Positions 1 through 11,683 of a DNA stretch of 64,000 nucleotides are shown one piece after another. Numbering within the stretch: position 1 is the first letter of the stretch; every line of letters starts with the position of its first letter. A program made the position numbers and the translations under genes. A model generated the notes under the pieces. That model searched no databases. It was given only the letters and a program-made list of their open reading frames with translations, and was not told the DNA's origin. Source of the stretch: Alphaproteobacteria bacterium (GTDB lineage: Bacteria > Pseudomonadota > Alphaproteobacteria > MPNO01); assembly GCA_964291675.2 (NCBI GenBank), contig OZ219866.1, positions 1,248,001-1,312,000 of the forward strand, in the 5' to 3' direction.

Positions 1-1
1 C

Positions 2-73
2 TACGTGCAGGTGGCGCGGCTGGTCGACCCGGACTGCCTGATCGAGATCGACGCGGTGGCGATTCTCGACTGA
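2..73 (+). CDS. RidA/YjgF family protein, C-terminal fragment (truncated by window edge)
   Basis: Frame 2 reads YVQVARLVDPDCLIEIDAVAILD*, matching the typical Rid C-terminus (V..L..P..L.EI.A.A). Confidence 0.7.
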   Translation, partial: YVQVARLVDPDCLIEIDAVAILD

Positions 74-91
74 ACGAATGGGAGGAAACGG

Positions 92-1102
92 ATGAAAGCG
101 CTGGTGAGGCTGTCGGTCGTTCTGGGCGCGCTGGTCGCCACGGCGAGCGCTGCGTTTGCCGCCGGGAAGGCGGCCTATATCCCCTGCGGCCAGGTCAATG
201 ACGGGTCGTGGAGCCAGGCCGGCTACGAGGCGATGCTGGTGGCGCAGAAGAGGATCGGGCTGAAGTTCGACCATGTCGAGAGCCCGGCGCCGGCGGATGT
301 CGAGAACATCGGCCGCGATTTCGCGCGCAAGGGATACAACCCCATCGTGTTCCACTGCGCCACCTTCGTGAAGGCGGCGCGCAAGATCGCCGCCGCCTTT
401 CCCAAGACCAGCATCCTCCTGTCCACCGGGACCGAGCCGGTGCCCGCCAATCTGGCGATCTACATGCCGCAGCACGAATACGCCTTCATGGGCGGGGTTC
501 TGGCCGGGCTGATGACCAGGAGCAACGTCGTCGGCGCCGTCAACAGCTTCAAGTTTCCCGAGCTGAACCGCGAAATCGAGGGCTACAAGCTCGGCGTCCG
601 CTTCGTGAACCCGAAGGCGAAGATCCTTTCGACGTTTATCAATTCATGGACCGACGTGGGCAAGGCGAAGACCGCGGCGGTCGCGCAGCTCGATCTCGGC
701 GCGGACGTGATCGCCGGCATCACCGACCGGGCGGCCATCGGCGCGATCAAGGCGGCGCAGGAACGCGGCGCCTATTCGATCGGCTTCTACGCCGATCTCA
801 ACCATGTCGCTCCCGACTCGGTGCTGACCAGCATCATCCTCTACTACACCAAGATGCTGGCCGACCTCGTGGTGACGGCCGCCGAGGGCAAGATGGAGGG
901 CAAGGTCTATCACTACACCGCGGCGGACGGCTATGTGGGGATGGCCGGATATGGCGGCACCGCGGCCAAGGTGCCGGCGGACGTGAAGGCCAGGGTCAAG
1001 GAGATCAACGACATGATCCTGGCCGGCAAGATCGAGCTGCCCTTCATGCCGGGGGAGGACGACGCCTACAAGGTCGATCTCAAGTCGATCGTCAAGCAGT
1101 AG
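92..1102 (+). CDS. BMP/PnrA-family ABC transporter substrate-binding protein (nucleoside/purine-like)
   Basis: Signal peptide, NDGSWSQAGYE and SWTDVGKAK motifs, GGAGG RBS, followed by ATPase and two permeases. Confidence 0.85.
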   Translation: MKALVRLSVVLGALVATASAAFAAGKAAYIPCGQVNDGSWSQAGYEAMLVAQKRIGLKFDHVESPAPADVENIGRDFARKGYNPIVFHCATFVKAARKIAAAFPKTSILLSTGTEPVPANLAIYMPQHEYAFMGGVLAGLMTRSNVVGAVNSFKFPELNREIEGYKLGVRFVNPKAKILSTFINSWTDVGKAKTAAVAQLDLGADVIAGITDRAAIGAIKAAQERGAYSIGFYADLNHVAPDSVLTSIILYYTKMLADLVVTAAEGKMEGKVYHYTAADGYVGMAGYGGTAAKVPADVKARVKEINDMILAGKIELPFMPGEDDAYKVDLKSIVKQ

Positions 1103-1109
1103 CAAGACG

Positions 1110-1143
1110 GGCGGAAGCGGGGTTTCCCGGCCTCGTTTCCGCC
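1110..1143 (+). terminator. Intercistronic stem-loop after substrate-binding gene
   Basis: GGCGGAAGCGGGG-N8-CCTCGTTTCCGCC imperfect inverted repeat. Confidence 0.4.
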
Positions 1144-1171
1144 GCCTGCCGGGCGGGCGTGGAATTTTTCC

Positions 1172-2703
<1,532 letters not shown>

Positions 2704-2707
<4 letters not shown>

Positions 2708-3759
2708 GCCTGGGGGCCGCCGCGAGAGAGAGACTCGTGGAGCTGCGCCCGGCCCTGGGCGCCGTCGCCGGGCCCGCGATAGCGGTCGTCGCCGCCCTCG
2801 CCGTGACCGGCCTGATCCTGCTGGCGCTCGGCGTGGACCCGGTCGCGGCCTACGGCCACGCAATTCGCGGCGCTTTCGGCGACACCATCGGGTTGACGGA
2901 AACGCTGGTAAAGACGGTCCCGCTGCTGCTCACCGGCCTTGCCGTGGCGCTCGCCTTCCGCTGCGGGTTCTGGAACATCGGCGCGGAAGGACAGCTCTTC
3001 GTGGGCGCGCTGGCGGCGGTCGGCGTGGGCATGAACGATCTTCAACTGGCACCGGCATTGCTCCTGCCCGCGGTCGTCGCGGCCGGGTTCCTGGCCGGCG
3101 GCCTGTGGGGGTCGATCGCCGGCGCCCTAAAGGTTCGTTTCGGCGCAAACGAAGTCCTCGTCACGCTGATGATGAACTACATCGCGATCTTCGGCGCGAG
3201 CTACATGATCAACGGGCCCTGGGCCGTCGGGCTCATACCGCAAAGCCGCGATATCGATCCCGCGGCCGCGCTGCCGATATTGTGGGCCGGCACCAGGCTT
3301 CACGCCGGCATTCTGATCGCCGTGGTCGGCGCCCTCCTGCTCTACGTTCTGGTCTTCCATACGCGCCTCGGGTTCGAACTGCGCGCCATCGGCTACAATC
3401 CCGACGCAAGCCGGGCCGCGGGCATGCCGGTCGGACGGAATGTCGTACTGGCGCTGTTCGTCGCCGGCGGGCTGGCCGGGCTCGCCGGCGTCGGCGAGGT
3501 GGCGGGCGTCCATCACGCCATGATGGAGAGCATTTCCCCCGGCTACGGCTATATCGGCATCGTCGTTGCCCTCATCGGCGGCCTCCATCCGCTCTGGACG
3601 ATCGTTTCCGCCTTCATGTTCTCCGCCCTGTTCATCGGAGTGGACGCCATGCAGAGGGCGGTGGGGCTGTCGACGGCGATGGTATGGCTGATCCAGGGGT
3701 CGGTCGTTCTGGCGCTGCTGGCCAGCCGCGCCTTCAACCGCTATGCCGCGAGAGGGTGA
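2704..3759 (+). CDS. ABC transporter permease
   Basis: Hydrophobic; [20 protein letters not shown] motifs. Confidence 0.9.
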
Positions 3760-3771
3760 CGGGGCGTAGCG

Positions 3772-4719
3772 ATGGAGCTCTTTCTCCAGGTCTTCTTCTG
3801 GGTGCTTCTGCTTCAGGCATCGATTTCGATCGCCGCGCCGATCCTGTTCGCCGCGCTCGGCGAGTGCGTGGCCGAACGGGCGGGGTTCATGAATATCGGG
3901 ATCGAAGGGATGATGACGGTGGGGGCCTGGGCCGCCTTCCTGGCCGCCGTGTTCACCGGCAGCTCATGGGCGGGGATCGGGGTCGGCACGCTGGGCGGCG
4001 GCCTGATCGCGCTGCTGGCCGCCTGGATCTGCGTGAGCCGGGGCGCCGACCAGATCGTGACCGGCATCATGCTCAACCTGTTCTGTCTCGGGCTGACCAG
4101 CGTTTCGTTCAGCGCGATCTTCGTCGCGCCGAGGCCGGTTCCGACGCTGGACCCCATGGCGGTCTACCGGATCCCGTTTCTGTCCGACCTGCCCTATGTC
4201 GGCAAGATACTGTTCAGCCACAGCCCGCCGGTATATGTCGCGTTCGCCCTGGTCGTGCTGCTCTTCGTCCTGCTCAACAGGACGACGCTCGGTCTCCAGA
4301 TCCGCGCGGTCGGCGAGAAACCGGAGGCGGCGGAGGCCGCGGGAGTCGACGTGTTCCGAGTCCGCTATTTCGCGATCGTGGTCGGCGGCGCTCTGGCCGG
4401 GCTCGGCGGCGCCGTGCTGTCGGTCGGCCAGCTCGGCCTGTTCTCCGACTTCATGACCGGCGGGCGCGGGTTCATCGCGCTCGCGGTCGTCGTCTTCGCG
4501 CGCTGGGATCCGGTCAAGATACTCGGCGCCAGCATCCTGTTCGGGCTGGCGGAGGCCTTGCAGGCGCGCCTGCAGGCGGTCGGCGCACCGGTGCCGCACG
4601 AGTTCCTGCTCATGCTGCCCTACGCGCTGACCATCGTCGTCCTGCTGGGCGTGGCCGGAAAATCGTCCTACCCGAGCGCCGTGGGGCTGCCCTTCGTCAG
4701 GGGCACGCGGAGAGACTGA
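3772..4719 (+). CDS. ABC transporter permease
   Basis: ERAG.MNIGIEG, RAVGE.P.AA, GRGFIALA, LPY.LT motifs. Confidence 0.9.
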   Translation: MELFLQVFFWVLLLQASISIAAPILFAALGECVAERAGFMNIGIEGMMTVGAWAAFLAAVFTGSSWAGIGVGTLGGGLIALLAAWICVSRGADQIVTGIMLNLFCLGLTSVSFSAIFVAPRPVPTLDPMAVYRIPFLSDLPYVGKILFSHSPPVYVAFALVVLLFVLLNRTTLGLQIRAVGEKPEAAEAAGVDVFRVRYFAIVVGGALAGLGGAVLSVGQLGLFSDFMTGGRGFIALAVVVFARWDPVKILGASILFGLAEALQARLQAVGAPVPHEFLLMLPYALTIVVLLGVAGKSSYPSAVGLPFVRGTRRD

Positions 4720-4807
4720 TGTTCGGGCGGGTCGGGAACGCGCCGGGTTGCGCCCGGGGTGCCGCAGAAGCTATGCAGGCCGGGCAGTCTGCGATCCGGG
4801 AGGCATC

Positions 4808-5848
4808 ATGAAGATCGGCGTGACCATCGGCTATTCGGGCGCGAGCTTCTCGGTGCCGCCCGACGAGCTCAGGGAGATCGAGAGCCTGGGCTACGACTCG
4901 GTCTGGACGTCGGAAGCCTACGGCTCGGATGCGCTGACGCCGGCCGCCTGGGCGCTCGCCCACACCTCGCGGATCACCGTCGGCACGGCGATCGTCCAGA
5001 TGGGGGCGCGCACGCCGACTGCCGCGGCGATGGCGGCGATGACCCTGCAGGCGCTGTCGGGCGACCGCTTCGTGCTCGGTATCGGCCCGTCGGGGCCGCA
5101 GGTGATCGAGGGCTGGTACGGCGTCCCCTACGGCAAGCCGCTGACCCGGACCCGCGAGTACATCGCGATCGTGCGCAAGATCCTCGCCCGCGAGGCGCCG
5201 CTGACGCATGAGGGCGAGCACTACGCCATCCCCGCCGCCGGCCCCGGCACCACCGGGCTCGGGCGGCCACTGAAGAGCATCCTGCACGCGAAGCCGGGGC
5301 TAAAAATCTTCACCGGCGCCTTCACCCCGGCCGGGGTGCGGATTGCGGCCGAGCTCGCCGACGGGTTCTTTCCGGTATTCATGAACCCCGAACGCTTCGA
5401 CCTGTTCGAGGTGCCGCTCGCCGATGGTTTCGCCGCTTCGGGCGGCGGCAAGAGCCTCGCCGATTTCGAGATCGCGCCCTTCGTCCCGGTCCATGTCGGC
5501 GACGATTTGGAGGCCTGCCGCATGGAGGTCAAGCACCACCTCGCCCTCTATGTCGGCGGGATGGGCGCGCGGTCGAAGAACTTTTACAACGACTACGCCA
5601 TCCGGCTCGGCTACCCGGACGCGGCGGCCGAGGTGCAGGACCTGTTCCTCGGCGGCAAGCGCAAGGAGGCGGCCGCCGCGATCCCCGATTCCTTCGTCGA
5701 CGACATCGCCCTGGTCGGCCCGCGCGAGCGCATCCGCGACCGGCTCTCGGTGTGGAAGGAGGCAGCCGCCAGGGGCCACGTGTCGACCCTGATCGCCAAC
5801 CGCTCGGACGCACAGGCGCTCCGCGTGCTCGCCGAAGAGGCGCTGTAA
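4808..5848 (+). CDS. LLM-class (luciferase-like) flavin/F420-dependent oxidoreductase
   Basis: VWTSEAYGSDA, RFVLGIGPSGPQVIEGW; start set at ATG 4808 after GGAGG. Confidence 0.85.
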   Translation: MKIGVTIGYSGASFSVPPDELREIESLGYDSVWTSEAYGSDALTPAAWALAHTSRITVGTAIVQMGARTPTAAAMAAMTLQALSGDRFVLGIGPSGPQVIEGWYGVPYGKPLTRTREYIAIVRKILAREAPLTHEGEHYAIPAAGPGTTGLGRPLKSILHAKPGLKIFTGAFTPAGVRIAAELADGFFPVFMNPERFDLFEVPLADGFAASGGGKSLADFEIAPFVPVHVGDDLEACRMEVKHHLALYVGGMGARSKNFYNDYAIRLGYPDAAAEVQDLFLGGKRKEAAAAIPDSFVDDIALVGPRERIRDRLSVWKEAAARGHVSTLIANRSDAQALRVLAEEAL

Positions 5849-5858
5849 GGGCGCAGCG

Positions 5859-6311
5859 ATGGAGCTGACCGACGAGGACGTGCGCGAGATCCTCGAGCTG
5901 ATCGACAAGTCCGGCTTCGACTATTTCGAGATCGACTATCGCGGCCTCAGGCTCACGGTCAGCAAGAGCCCCCTCGCCGCGCCCGCGCCCGCCGCTTCGC
6001 CCGCACCCGCAGAGGGGCCGGAGCCCGCGCCCGGCAAGCGGTCCGGGCGCGACATCCCGGACGGGCTCGTGGCCGTCCCGGCGCCGATGGTCGGCACCTT
6101 CTACCCCGCGCCGCGCCCGGGCGCCCAGCCCTTCGTCAGCCCGGGCGACCGGGTCGAGCCCGACACCACGGTCGGGCTGATCGAGGTGATGAAGGTGTTC
6201 GCGGCCGTCGCCGCCGGGGTGAGCGGCATCGTCGAGGAGGCGCTGGCCGGCGAGGCCGAGGGCGTGGAATACGGCCAGCCCCTGTTCCTGGTCCGCCCCG
6301 ACGCTTCCTAG
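5859..6311 (+). CDS. Biotin carboxyl carrier protein (AccB-like)
   Basis: APMVGTFY, IEVMKVF biotinyl-Lys motif, VEYGQPLF. Confidence 0.88.
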   Translation: MELTDEDVREILELIDKSGFDYFEIDYRGLRLTVSKSPLAAPAPAASPAPAEGPEPAPGKRSGRDIPDGLVAVPAPMVGTFYPAPRPGAQPFVSPGDRVEPDTTVGLIEVMKVFAAVAAGVSGIVEEALAGEAEGVEYGQPLFLVRPDAS

Positions 6312-6313
6312 CC

Positions 6314-7771
6314 ATGGCCAAGATCCGCTTCGTCGACACCACGATCCGCGACGGGCATCTGAGCCTGTGGGCGTCGGGGATGACGACGGGCATGATGCTG
6401 CCGGTCATCCAGCGGCTGGACGATGCCGGGTTCGAGGCGATCGAGATCCTGTCCGACGGCCAGATGGGGAAGGCCGTCCGCGAGCTGAAGGACGATCCGT
6501 TCGAGCGCATGCGGCTCGCCGCCGAGCGGGCGAAAAACACGCCGCTTCGCCTGATCGCGGGCCGCATCGCCACCTTCGAGTACGAGCCGCCCGAGGCGTT
6601 CGCCCTGTTCCTCCTTCTCGCGGCGCGGAACGGCGTCTCCGAGGTCAGGATTTCCGACCCGTGGAACGAATACGCCGGCTGGAAGCGCCGGGTCGAGGCC
6701 GCGCACGCCGCAGGGCTCAGGGTGATCCTCAACCTGGTCTACTCGATCTCGCCCGTCCATACCGACGCCTACTATGCCGAGCGCTGCCGCGAGGCCGCCT
6801 CGCTCGGCGTCTGGCGGCTCTGCTTCAAGGACCCGGGCGGGCTGCTGACGCCGGAACGCACCAGGGCGCTGGTCCCGGTCATGCTGGAAAATGCCGGTTC
6901 CACCCCGGTCGAGTTCCACACCCACTGCACCACCGGGGTCGGCCCGCTGTGCTGCCTGGAGGCCATCGCGGGCGGCATGACCATCGTCAACACCGCCTTG
7001 CCGCCGCTCGCCGACGGCTCGTCCAACCCGTCCGCCTTCGATGTCGCGGCGAATGCGCAAGCGCTCGGCCACGAGCCCGCTCTCGATCTCGATGCGCTCC
7101 GCCCCGTCTCGGCGCATTTCGAGACCGTGGCCCGGCGCGAGGGCTTCCCGGTCGGCCGGCCGGTCGCCTTCGACGCCGCCCAGCACCGCCACCAGGTGCC
7201 GGGCGGGATGATCTCCAATCTCGCCTTCCAGCTCCGCAAGGTGGGGATGGAGGACCGGCTGGCCGACGTGCTGGAGGAGACGGTGCGGGTGCGCGCCGAG
7301 CTCGGCTACCCGGTCATGGTCACGCCGCTCTCGCAATTCGTCGGCAGCCAGGCGGCGATCAACGTGATCGCGGGCGAGCGCTACCGCGAGGTCACCGACC
7401 AGGCGATCGAGTACGCGCTCGGCCGTTACGGCGAGACCGCGATCCGGGCGATGGACCCCGACATCCGCGCCCGCATCCTGGAACGCAAGCGCGCCGACGA
7501 GGTCAGGCGCCGCGACGAGCCCTCGCTCGACGACCTCCGCGAGCGCTTCGGCGGGGCTGGCGTTGCGGAGGAGGAGATGATGCTGCGCTGGCTGTTCGGC
7601 ATCGACGCGGTCGCGGCGCAGCGCAGCGCCGGCCCGCCCACCCCCTATGCGAGCGGCCGCCACCCCGTGGTCGCGCTGGTCGACCGCCTCTGCCGGCGCG
7701 ACGACAGGGCGCTGATCGCAATCGATCGGCCCGGGCTCTCGCTCAGGCTGGAGCGGCGCTGCGCGAGTTGA
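6314..7771 (+). CDS. Pyruvate carboxylase B / oxaloacetate decarboxylase alpha-like carboxyltransferase
   Basis: DTTIRDG, FKDPGG, HTH, HQVPGGMISN, GYPVMVTPLSQFVG. Confidence 0.82.
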   Translation: MAKIRFVDTTIRDGHLSLWASGMTTGMMLPVIQRLDDAGFEAIEILSDGQMGKAVRELKDDPFERMRLAAERAKNTPLRLIAGRIATFEYEPPEAFALFLLLAARNGVSEVRISDPWNEYAGWKRRVEAAHAAGLRVILNLVYSISPVHTDAYYAERCREAASLGVWRLCFKDPGGLLTPERTRALVPVMLENAGSTPVEFHTHCTTGVGPLCCLEAIAGGMTIVNTALPPLADGSSNPSAFDVAANAQALGHEPALDLDALRPVSAHFETVARREGFPVGRPVAFDAAQHRHQVPGGMISNLAFQLRKVGMEDRLADVLEETVRVRAELGYPVMVTPLSQFVGSQAAINVIAGERYREVTDQAIEYALGRYGETAIRAMDPDIRARILERKRADEVRRRDEPSLDDLRERFGGAGVAEEEMMLRWLFGIDAVAAQRSAGPPTPYASGRHPVVALVDRLCRRDDRALIAIDRPGLSLRLERRCAS

Positions 7772-7813
7772 CATCGCCGCGGCGGTGACGCACCTCTGCC
7801 GGCGGAGGTGTCC

Positions 7814-9190
7814 ATGGCTGGCTACGACTACGATCTGTTCGTCATCGGCGCGGGCTCCGGCGGGGTCCGGGCGGCGCGGATGTCGGCATCCTACGGGGCG
7901 CGGGTGGGCATCGCCGAGGAGCGCTTCCTGGGCGGGACCTGCGTCAATGTCGGCTGCATCCCCAAGAAGCTCTTCGCCTACGGCGCGCATTACCGCGAGG
8001 ACGCCGACGACGCGGCGGCGTTCGGCTGGACCTTCGCGGAGCCGGCCCTGCACTGGCCGACCCTGATCGCCAACAAGAACCGGGAGATCGAGCGCCTCAA
8101 CGGCATCTACCGGCGCATTCTGGAGAGCAACGACGTCCGCATCCACGAGAGCCGCGCGCGGCTGGTCGACGCCCACACGCTCGATGTCGGCGGCGAGCGT
8201 GTGACCGCGGAGACCGTGCTGATCGCGGTCGGCGGGCGGCCGCAGCGCCCGGCGATCCCGGGCGGCGAGCACGCGATCACCTCGGAGGAGGCGTTCTATC
8301 TCGAACGGCGGCCCGACCGGGTGCTGATCGTCGGCGGCGGCTATATCGCGGTCGAGTTCGCCGGCATCTTCAACGGCTACGGCGCGGAGGTCGTCCAGGC
8401 CTATCGCGGCCCGCTGTTCATGCGCGGCTTCGACATGGACATCCGCACCCACCTCGCCGAGGAGATGGCGAAGAAGGGCGTCGACCTCCGCTGGCGCACC
8501 ACGGTGGAGCGCATCGACCGCGCGGACGGACGGCTCGCCTGCGCGCTGTCTTCGGGCGAGACGGTCACGGTCGACCGGGCGATGTACGCGATCGGCCGGG
8601 TGCCCAACGTCGCCGATCTCGGGCTGGAGGCGGTGGGCGTCGAGACGCGGGAGAACGGCGCGATCCGGGTCGACGACCGGTTCCGCACCAGCGTCGACAA
8701 CATCTACGCGCTGGGCGACGTGACCGACCGGCTGCAGCTCACCCCGGTCGCCATCGCCGAGGCCATGGTGCTCGCCGCCAACCTCTATGACGGCGGGGAC
8801 CTGGCCATGGACTATGCCGACGTCGCGACCGCGGTGTTCTCCAACCCCAATGTCGGCACCGTCGGGCTGACCGAGGAGCAGGCGCGCGAGCGCTACGGCG
8901 CGATCGACGTCTATCGCGAGGCGTTTCGCCCGCTCAAGCACACGCTGACGGAGGCCCAGGACCGCACCATGATGAAGCTCGTCGTCGATCGCGCCTCGGA
9001 CCGGGTCCTCGGCTGCCACATGGTGGGGCCGGACGCCGCCGAGATCACCCAGGGGCTCGGCATCGCGCTCAAATGCGGCGCCACCAAGGCGCAGTTCGAC
9101 GCCACCGTCGGCATCCACCCGACCGCGGCCGAGGAGTTCGTCACCATGCGCAGCCCGGCCCCCGAGCCCGAGGCGCAGGCGGCGGAGTAG
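7814..9190 (+). CDS. gor: Glutathione-disulfide reductase
   Basis: GAGSGG, GGTCVNVGCIPKK, GGGYIAVEFA, GIHPTAAEE. Confidence 0.95.
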   Translation: MAGYDYDLFVIGAGSGGVRAARMSASYGARVGIAEERFLGGTCVNVGCIPKKLFAYGAHYREDADDAAAFGWTFAEPALHWPTLIANKNREIERLNGIYRRILESNDVRIHESRARLVDAHTLDVGGERVTAETVLIAVGGRPQRPAIPGGEHAITSEEAFYLERRPDRVLIVGGGYIAVEFAGIFNGYGAEVVQAYRGPLFMRGFDMDIRTHLAEEMAKKGVDLRWRTTVERIDRADGRLACALSSGETVTVDRAMYAIGRVPNVADLGLEAVGVETRENGAIRVDDRFRTSVDNIYALGDVTDRLQLTPVAIAEAMVLAANLYDGGDLAMDYADVATAVFSNPNVGTVGLTEEQARERYGAIDVYREAFRPLKHTLTEAQDRTMMKLVVDRASDRVLGCHMVGPDAAEITQGLGIALKCGATKAQFDATVGIHPTAAEEFVTMRSPAPEPEAQAAE

Positions 9191-9199
9191 GGGGCCGCC

Positions 9200-9427
9200 T
9201 CAGCCGTTCCCGGCGTGGTGGCGGTCGAGCGCGTCGAGCAGCGCGAGCCCCCGCGCGGCGTCGCCCCGGGCCGCCCGCGCCCGGAAGCGCAGCTCGGTGT
9301 CGTGCTCGGCGAGCGCGCGCGCCGACAGCTCCTGCATCAGCTTGTTGAGGCTCACCCCGCGCCGCGCTGCCAGCGCCGCCAGGCGGTCGCGCTGGGCGTC
9401 GGGTAGCCGGATCGTCATCGTCGCCAT
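9200..9427 (-). CDS. Ribbon-helix-helix (HicB-like) antitoxin
   Basis: MATMTIRLPD...GVSLNKL; directly downstream of a PIN toxin remnant. Confidence 0.75.
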   Translation of the reverse strand: MATMTIRLPDAQRDRLAALAARRGVSLNKLMQELSARALAEHDTELRFRARAARGDAARGLALLDALDRHHAGNG

Positions 9428-9428
9428 G

Positions 9429-9660
9429 TCAGCCGCTCTCCTTCAGCCAGTCGCCGGGGGCGAGCACCCGCAAGCCCGGGAAGCGCAGCTCGCCGGCCGC
9501 GACGTCCCGCGCATTGCCGGTCACGATGCAGCCCGCGTTGCCGGCGACCGCAAGCTCGACGACGTGGTTGTCCGACTCGTCGGGCAGGTTCGGGCGCCAC
9601 AGGAACGCGATCTCGACCCACTCGCAGGCGGCGAGAAAGGCGTCCAGCAGAGCCGCCCGG
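9429..9660 (-). pseudogene. PIN-family toxin, only the C-terminal half remains
   Basis: WRPNLPDESDNHVVELAVAGNA..IVT.N.RD is the C-terminal half of a PIN toxin; no N-terminal DTN motif or plausible start in frame. Confidence 0.7.
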
Positions 9661-9669
9661 TCGGAGTGA

Positions 9670-9683
9670 CAGCATATACGCTG
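9670..9683. promoter_or_regulatory. Candidate TA operator palindrome
   Basis: CAGCATATACGCTG near-palindrome immediately upstream of the PIN remnant. Confidence 0.4.
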
Positions 9684-9743
9684 GCTTTGGACGGGCAAAA
9701 GGCGAACGCGAGCGCCCTGCCCCGGGCTCTCGATGCACTACCC

Positions 9744-10165
9744 ATGGATGCCCGGATCAAGTCCGGGCATGACGGGAGGGAGGCATGGCGATGGGTCGGG
9801 CCTCATCCGGCTCTCCCTGCTCCTCCACCGCCACCACCACCCCGTCATGGCCGGACTTGATCCGGCCACCCATGCGCGGACTCGATCCGCGCAACCACTG
9901 GCGCCACCGGTACAACGCCCCGTCGGGAGAGGCGGCGGCGCCAGTGGATGCCCGGATCACCCCCGGACTTGATCCGGGGGCCGGGGCATGACGATGGGGG
10001 GAGGCATGGCGCTGGGCGGGGAACGCCGGGCGCGACCCGCGTCGAAGGCTAAACCGGACAGCAGTGGACTCGATCCGGCCATCCATGCCGTCCGTCGCCG
10101 GAAAGGCGACCGGGGAGGGCGCGTCCTTCGATACGCGCGCCTGCGGCGGGCTGCTCGGGATGAGG
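9744..10165. repeat. Cluster of alphaproteobacterial palindromic (REP-like) elements
   Basis: ATGGATGCCCGGATCAAGTCCGGGCATGAC (9744-9773), inverted copy 9844-9873, further degenerate/nested copies to ~10090, and a second family CTTCGATACG...CTCGGGATGAGG at 10121-10165. Confidence 0.8.
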
Positions 10166-10261
10166 GATTTGAACGCGCCACGATTTGCTGGCAATTTCGG
10201 CGGGACTGGCGTATAGGGCGGCCCTTCCGGAAAACCGGACCGAGACAGGGAGAGAGGCGCG

Positions 10262-11653
10262 ATGAGCGGGGAGTGGACCCCCGGTACCTGGCGGTCGAAG
10301 CCGATCCGCCAGGTGCCCGAATATCCCGACCGGGCGGCGCTCGCCGAGGCGGAGGAGCGCTTGCGCGGCTACCCGCCGCTGGTCTTCGCCGGCGAGGCGA
10401 GACGCCTCAAGGCGCAGCTCGCCCAGGTGGCGAAGGGCAAGGCCTTCCTGCTGCAGGGCGGCGACTGCGCGGAGAGCTTCGCCGAGTTCCACCCCGACAA
10501 CATCCGCGACACCTTCCGCGTGATCCTGCAGATGGCGGTGGTGCTGACCTTCGGCGGCGGATGCCCGGTGGTCAAGGTGGGGCGCCTCGCCGGCCAGTTC
10601 GCCAAGCCGCGCTCGGCCGATTTCGAGACCGTCGACGGGGTCGAGCTGCCGAGCTATCGCGGCGACATGATCAACGACATGCCGTTCGACGGCGCCGCCC
10701 GCGCCCCCGACCCGGCGCGCATGGTGCGCGCCTACAACCAGTCGGCGGCGACGCTGAACCTGCTGCGCGCCTTCGCCCAGGGCGGCTATGCCGACCTCCA
10801 CCAGGTGCACAAGTGGAACCTCGACTTCGTCTCCGCCGGGCCGGAGGCGGCGCGCTACGCCGACCTCGCCGACCGGATCGACGAGACGCTGCGCTTCATG
10901 GAAGCCTGCGGGCTGACCTCGGAGACGGTTTCCCAGATCCGCGAGACCGACCTTTACACCTCGCACGAGGCGCTGCTGCTGGGCTACGAGGAGGCGATGA
11001 CCCGGGTCGATTCGACCACCGGCGACTGGTACGACACCTCGGCCCATCTGCTGTGGATCGGCGACCGCACGCGCCAGCTCGACGGCGCCCATGTCGAGTT
11101 CCTGCGCGGCGTCGCCAACCCGGTGGGGCTCAAGCTGGGGCCGAGCTCGGAGACCGACGACCTGCTGCGCCTGATCGACCGGCTCAACCCGGACGATACG
11201 CCCGGCCGGATCACCCTCTATGCGCGCATGGGGGCGGGCAGGGTCGCCGAGCTGCTGCCGCCGCTGCTGCGCGCGGTGAAGGCGGAGGGGCGAAGCGTGG
11301 TCTGGGCCTGCGATCCCATGCACGGCAACACGATCAAGGCGCAGAACGGCTACAAGACGCGGCGCTGCGAGGCGATCCTGTCGGAGGTGCGCGACTTCTT
11401 CGACATCCACCGCGCCGAGGGCACGCATGCCGGCGGCATCCATGTCGAGCTGACCGGCCAGAACGTCACCGAATGCATCGGCGGCGCGCGGGCGGTGACC
11501 GAGGCCAATTTGGCCGACCGCTACCACACCCATTGCGACCCCAGGCTGAACGCGAGCCAGTCGCTCGAGCTCGCCTTCCAGGTCGCCGAGGCGCTGAAGG
11601 CCGAGCGCGACCGGATCAACGGCAGCACCCGATCCGCCGCCGCGGCCGAATAG
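10262..11653 (+). CDS. Class II DAHP synthase
   Basis: [47 protein letters not shown]. Confidence 0.95.
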   Translation: MSGEWTPGTWRSKPIRQVPEYPDRAALAEAEERLRGYPPLVFAGEARRLKAQLAQVAKGKAFLLQGGDCAESFAEFHPDNIRDTFRVILQMAVVLTFGGGCPVVKVGRLAGQFAKPRSADFETVDGVELPSYRGDMINDMPFDGAARAPDPARMVRAYNQSAATLNLLRAFAQGGYADLHQVHKWNLDFVSAGPEAARYADLADRIDETLRFMEACGLTSETVSQIRETDLYTSHEALLLGYEEAMTRVDSTTGDWYDTSAHLLWIGDRTRQLDGAHVEFLRGVANPVGLKLGPSSETDDLLRLIDRLNPDDTPGRITLYARMGAGRVAELLPPLLRAVKAEGRSVVWACDPMHGNTIKAQNGYKTRRCEAILSEVRDFFDIHRAEGTHAGGIHVELTGQNVTECIGGARAVTEANLADRYHTHCDPRLNASQSLELAFQVAEALKAERDRINGSTRSAAAAE

Positions 11654-11683
11654 GCCCGACGCCGTAGCGCCGGCGGATTCGAG

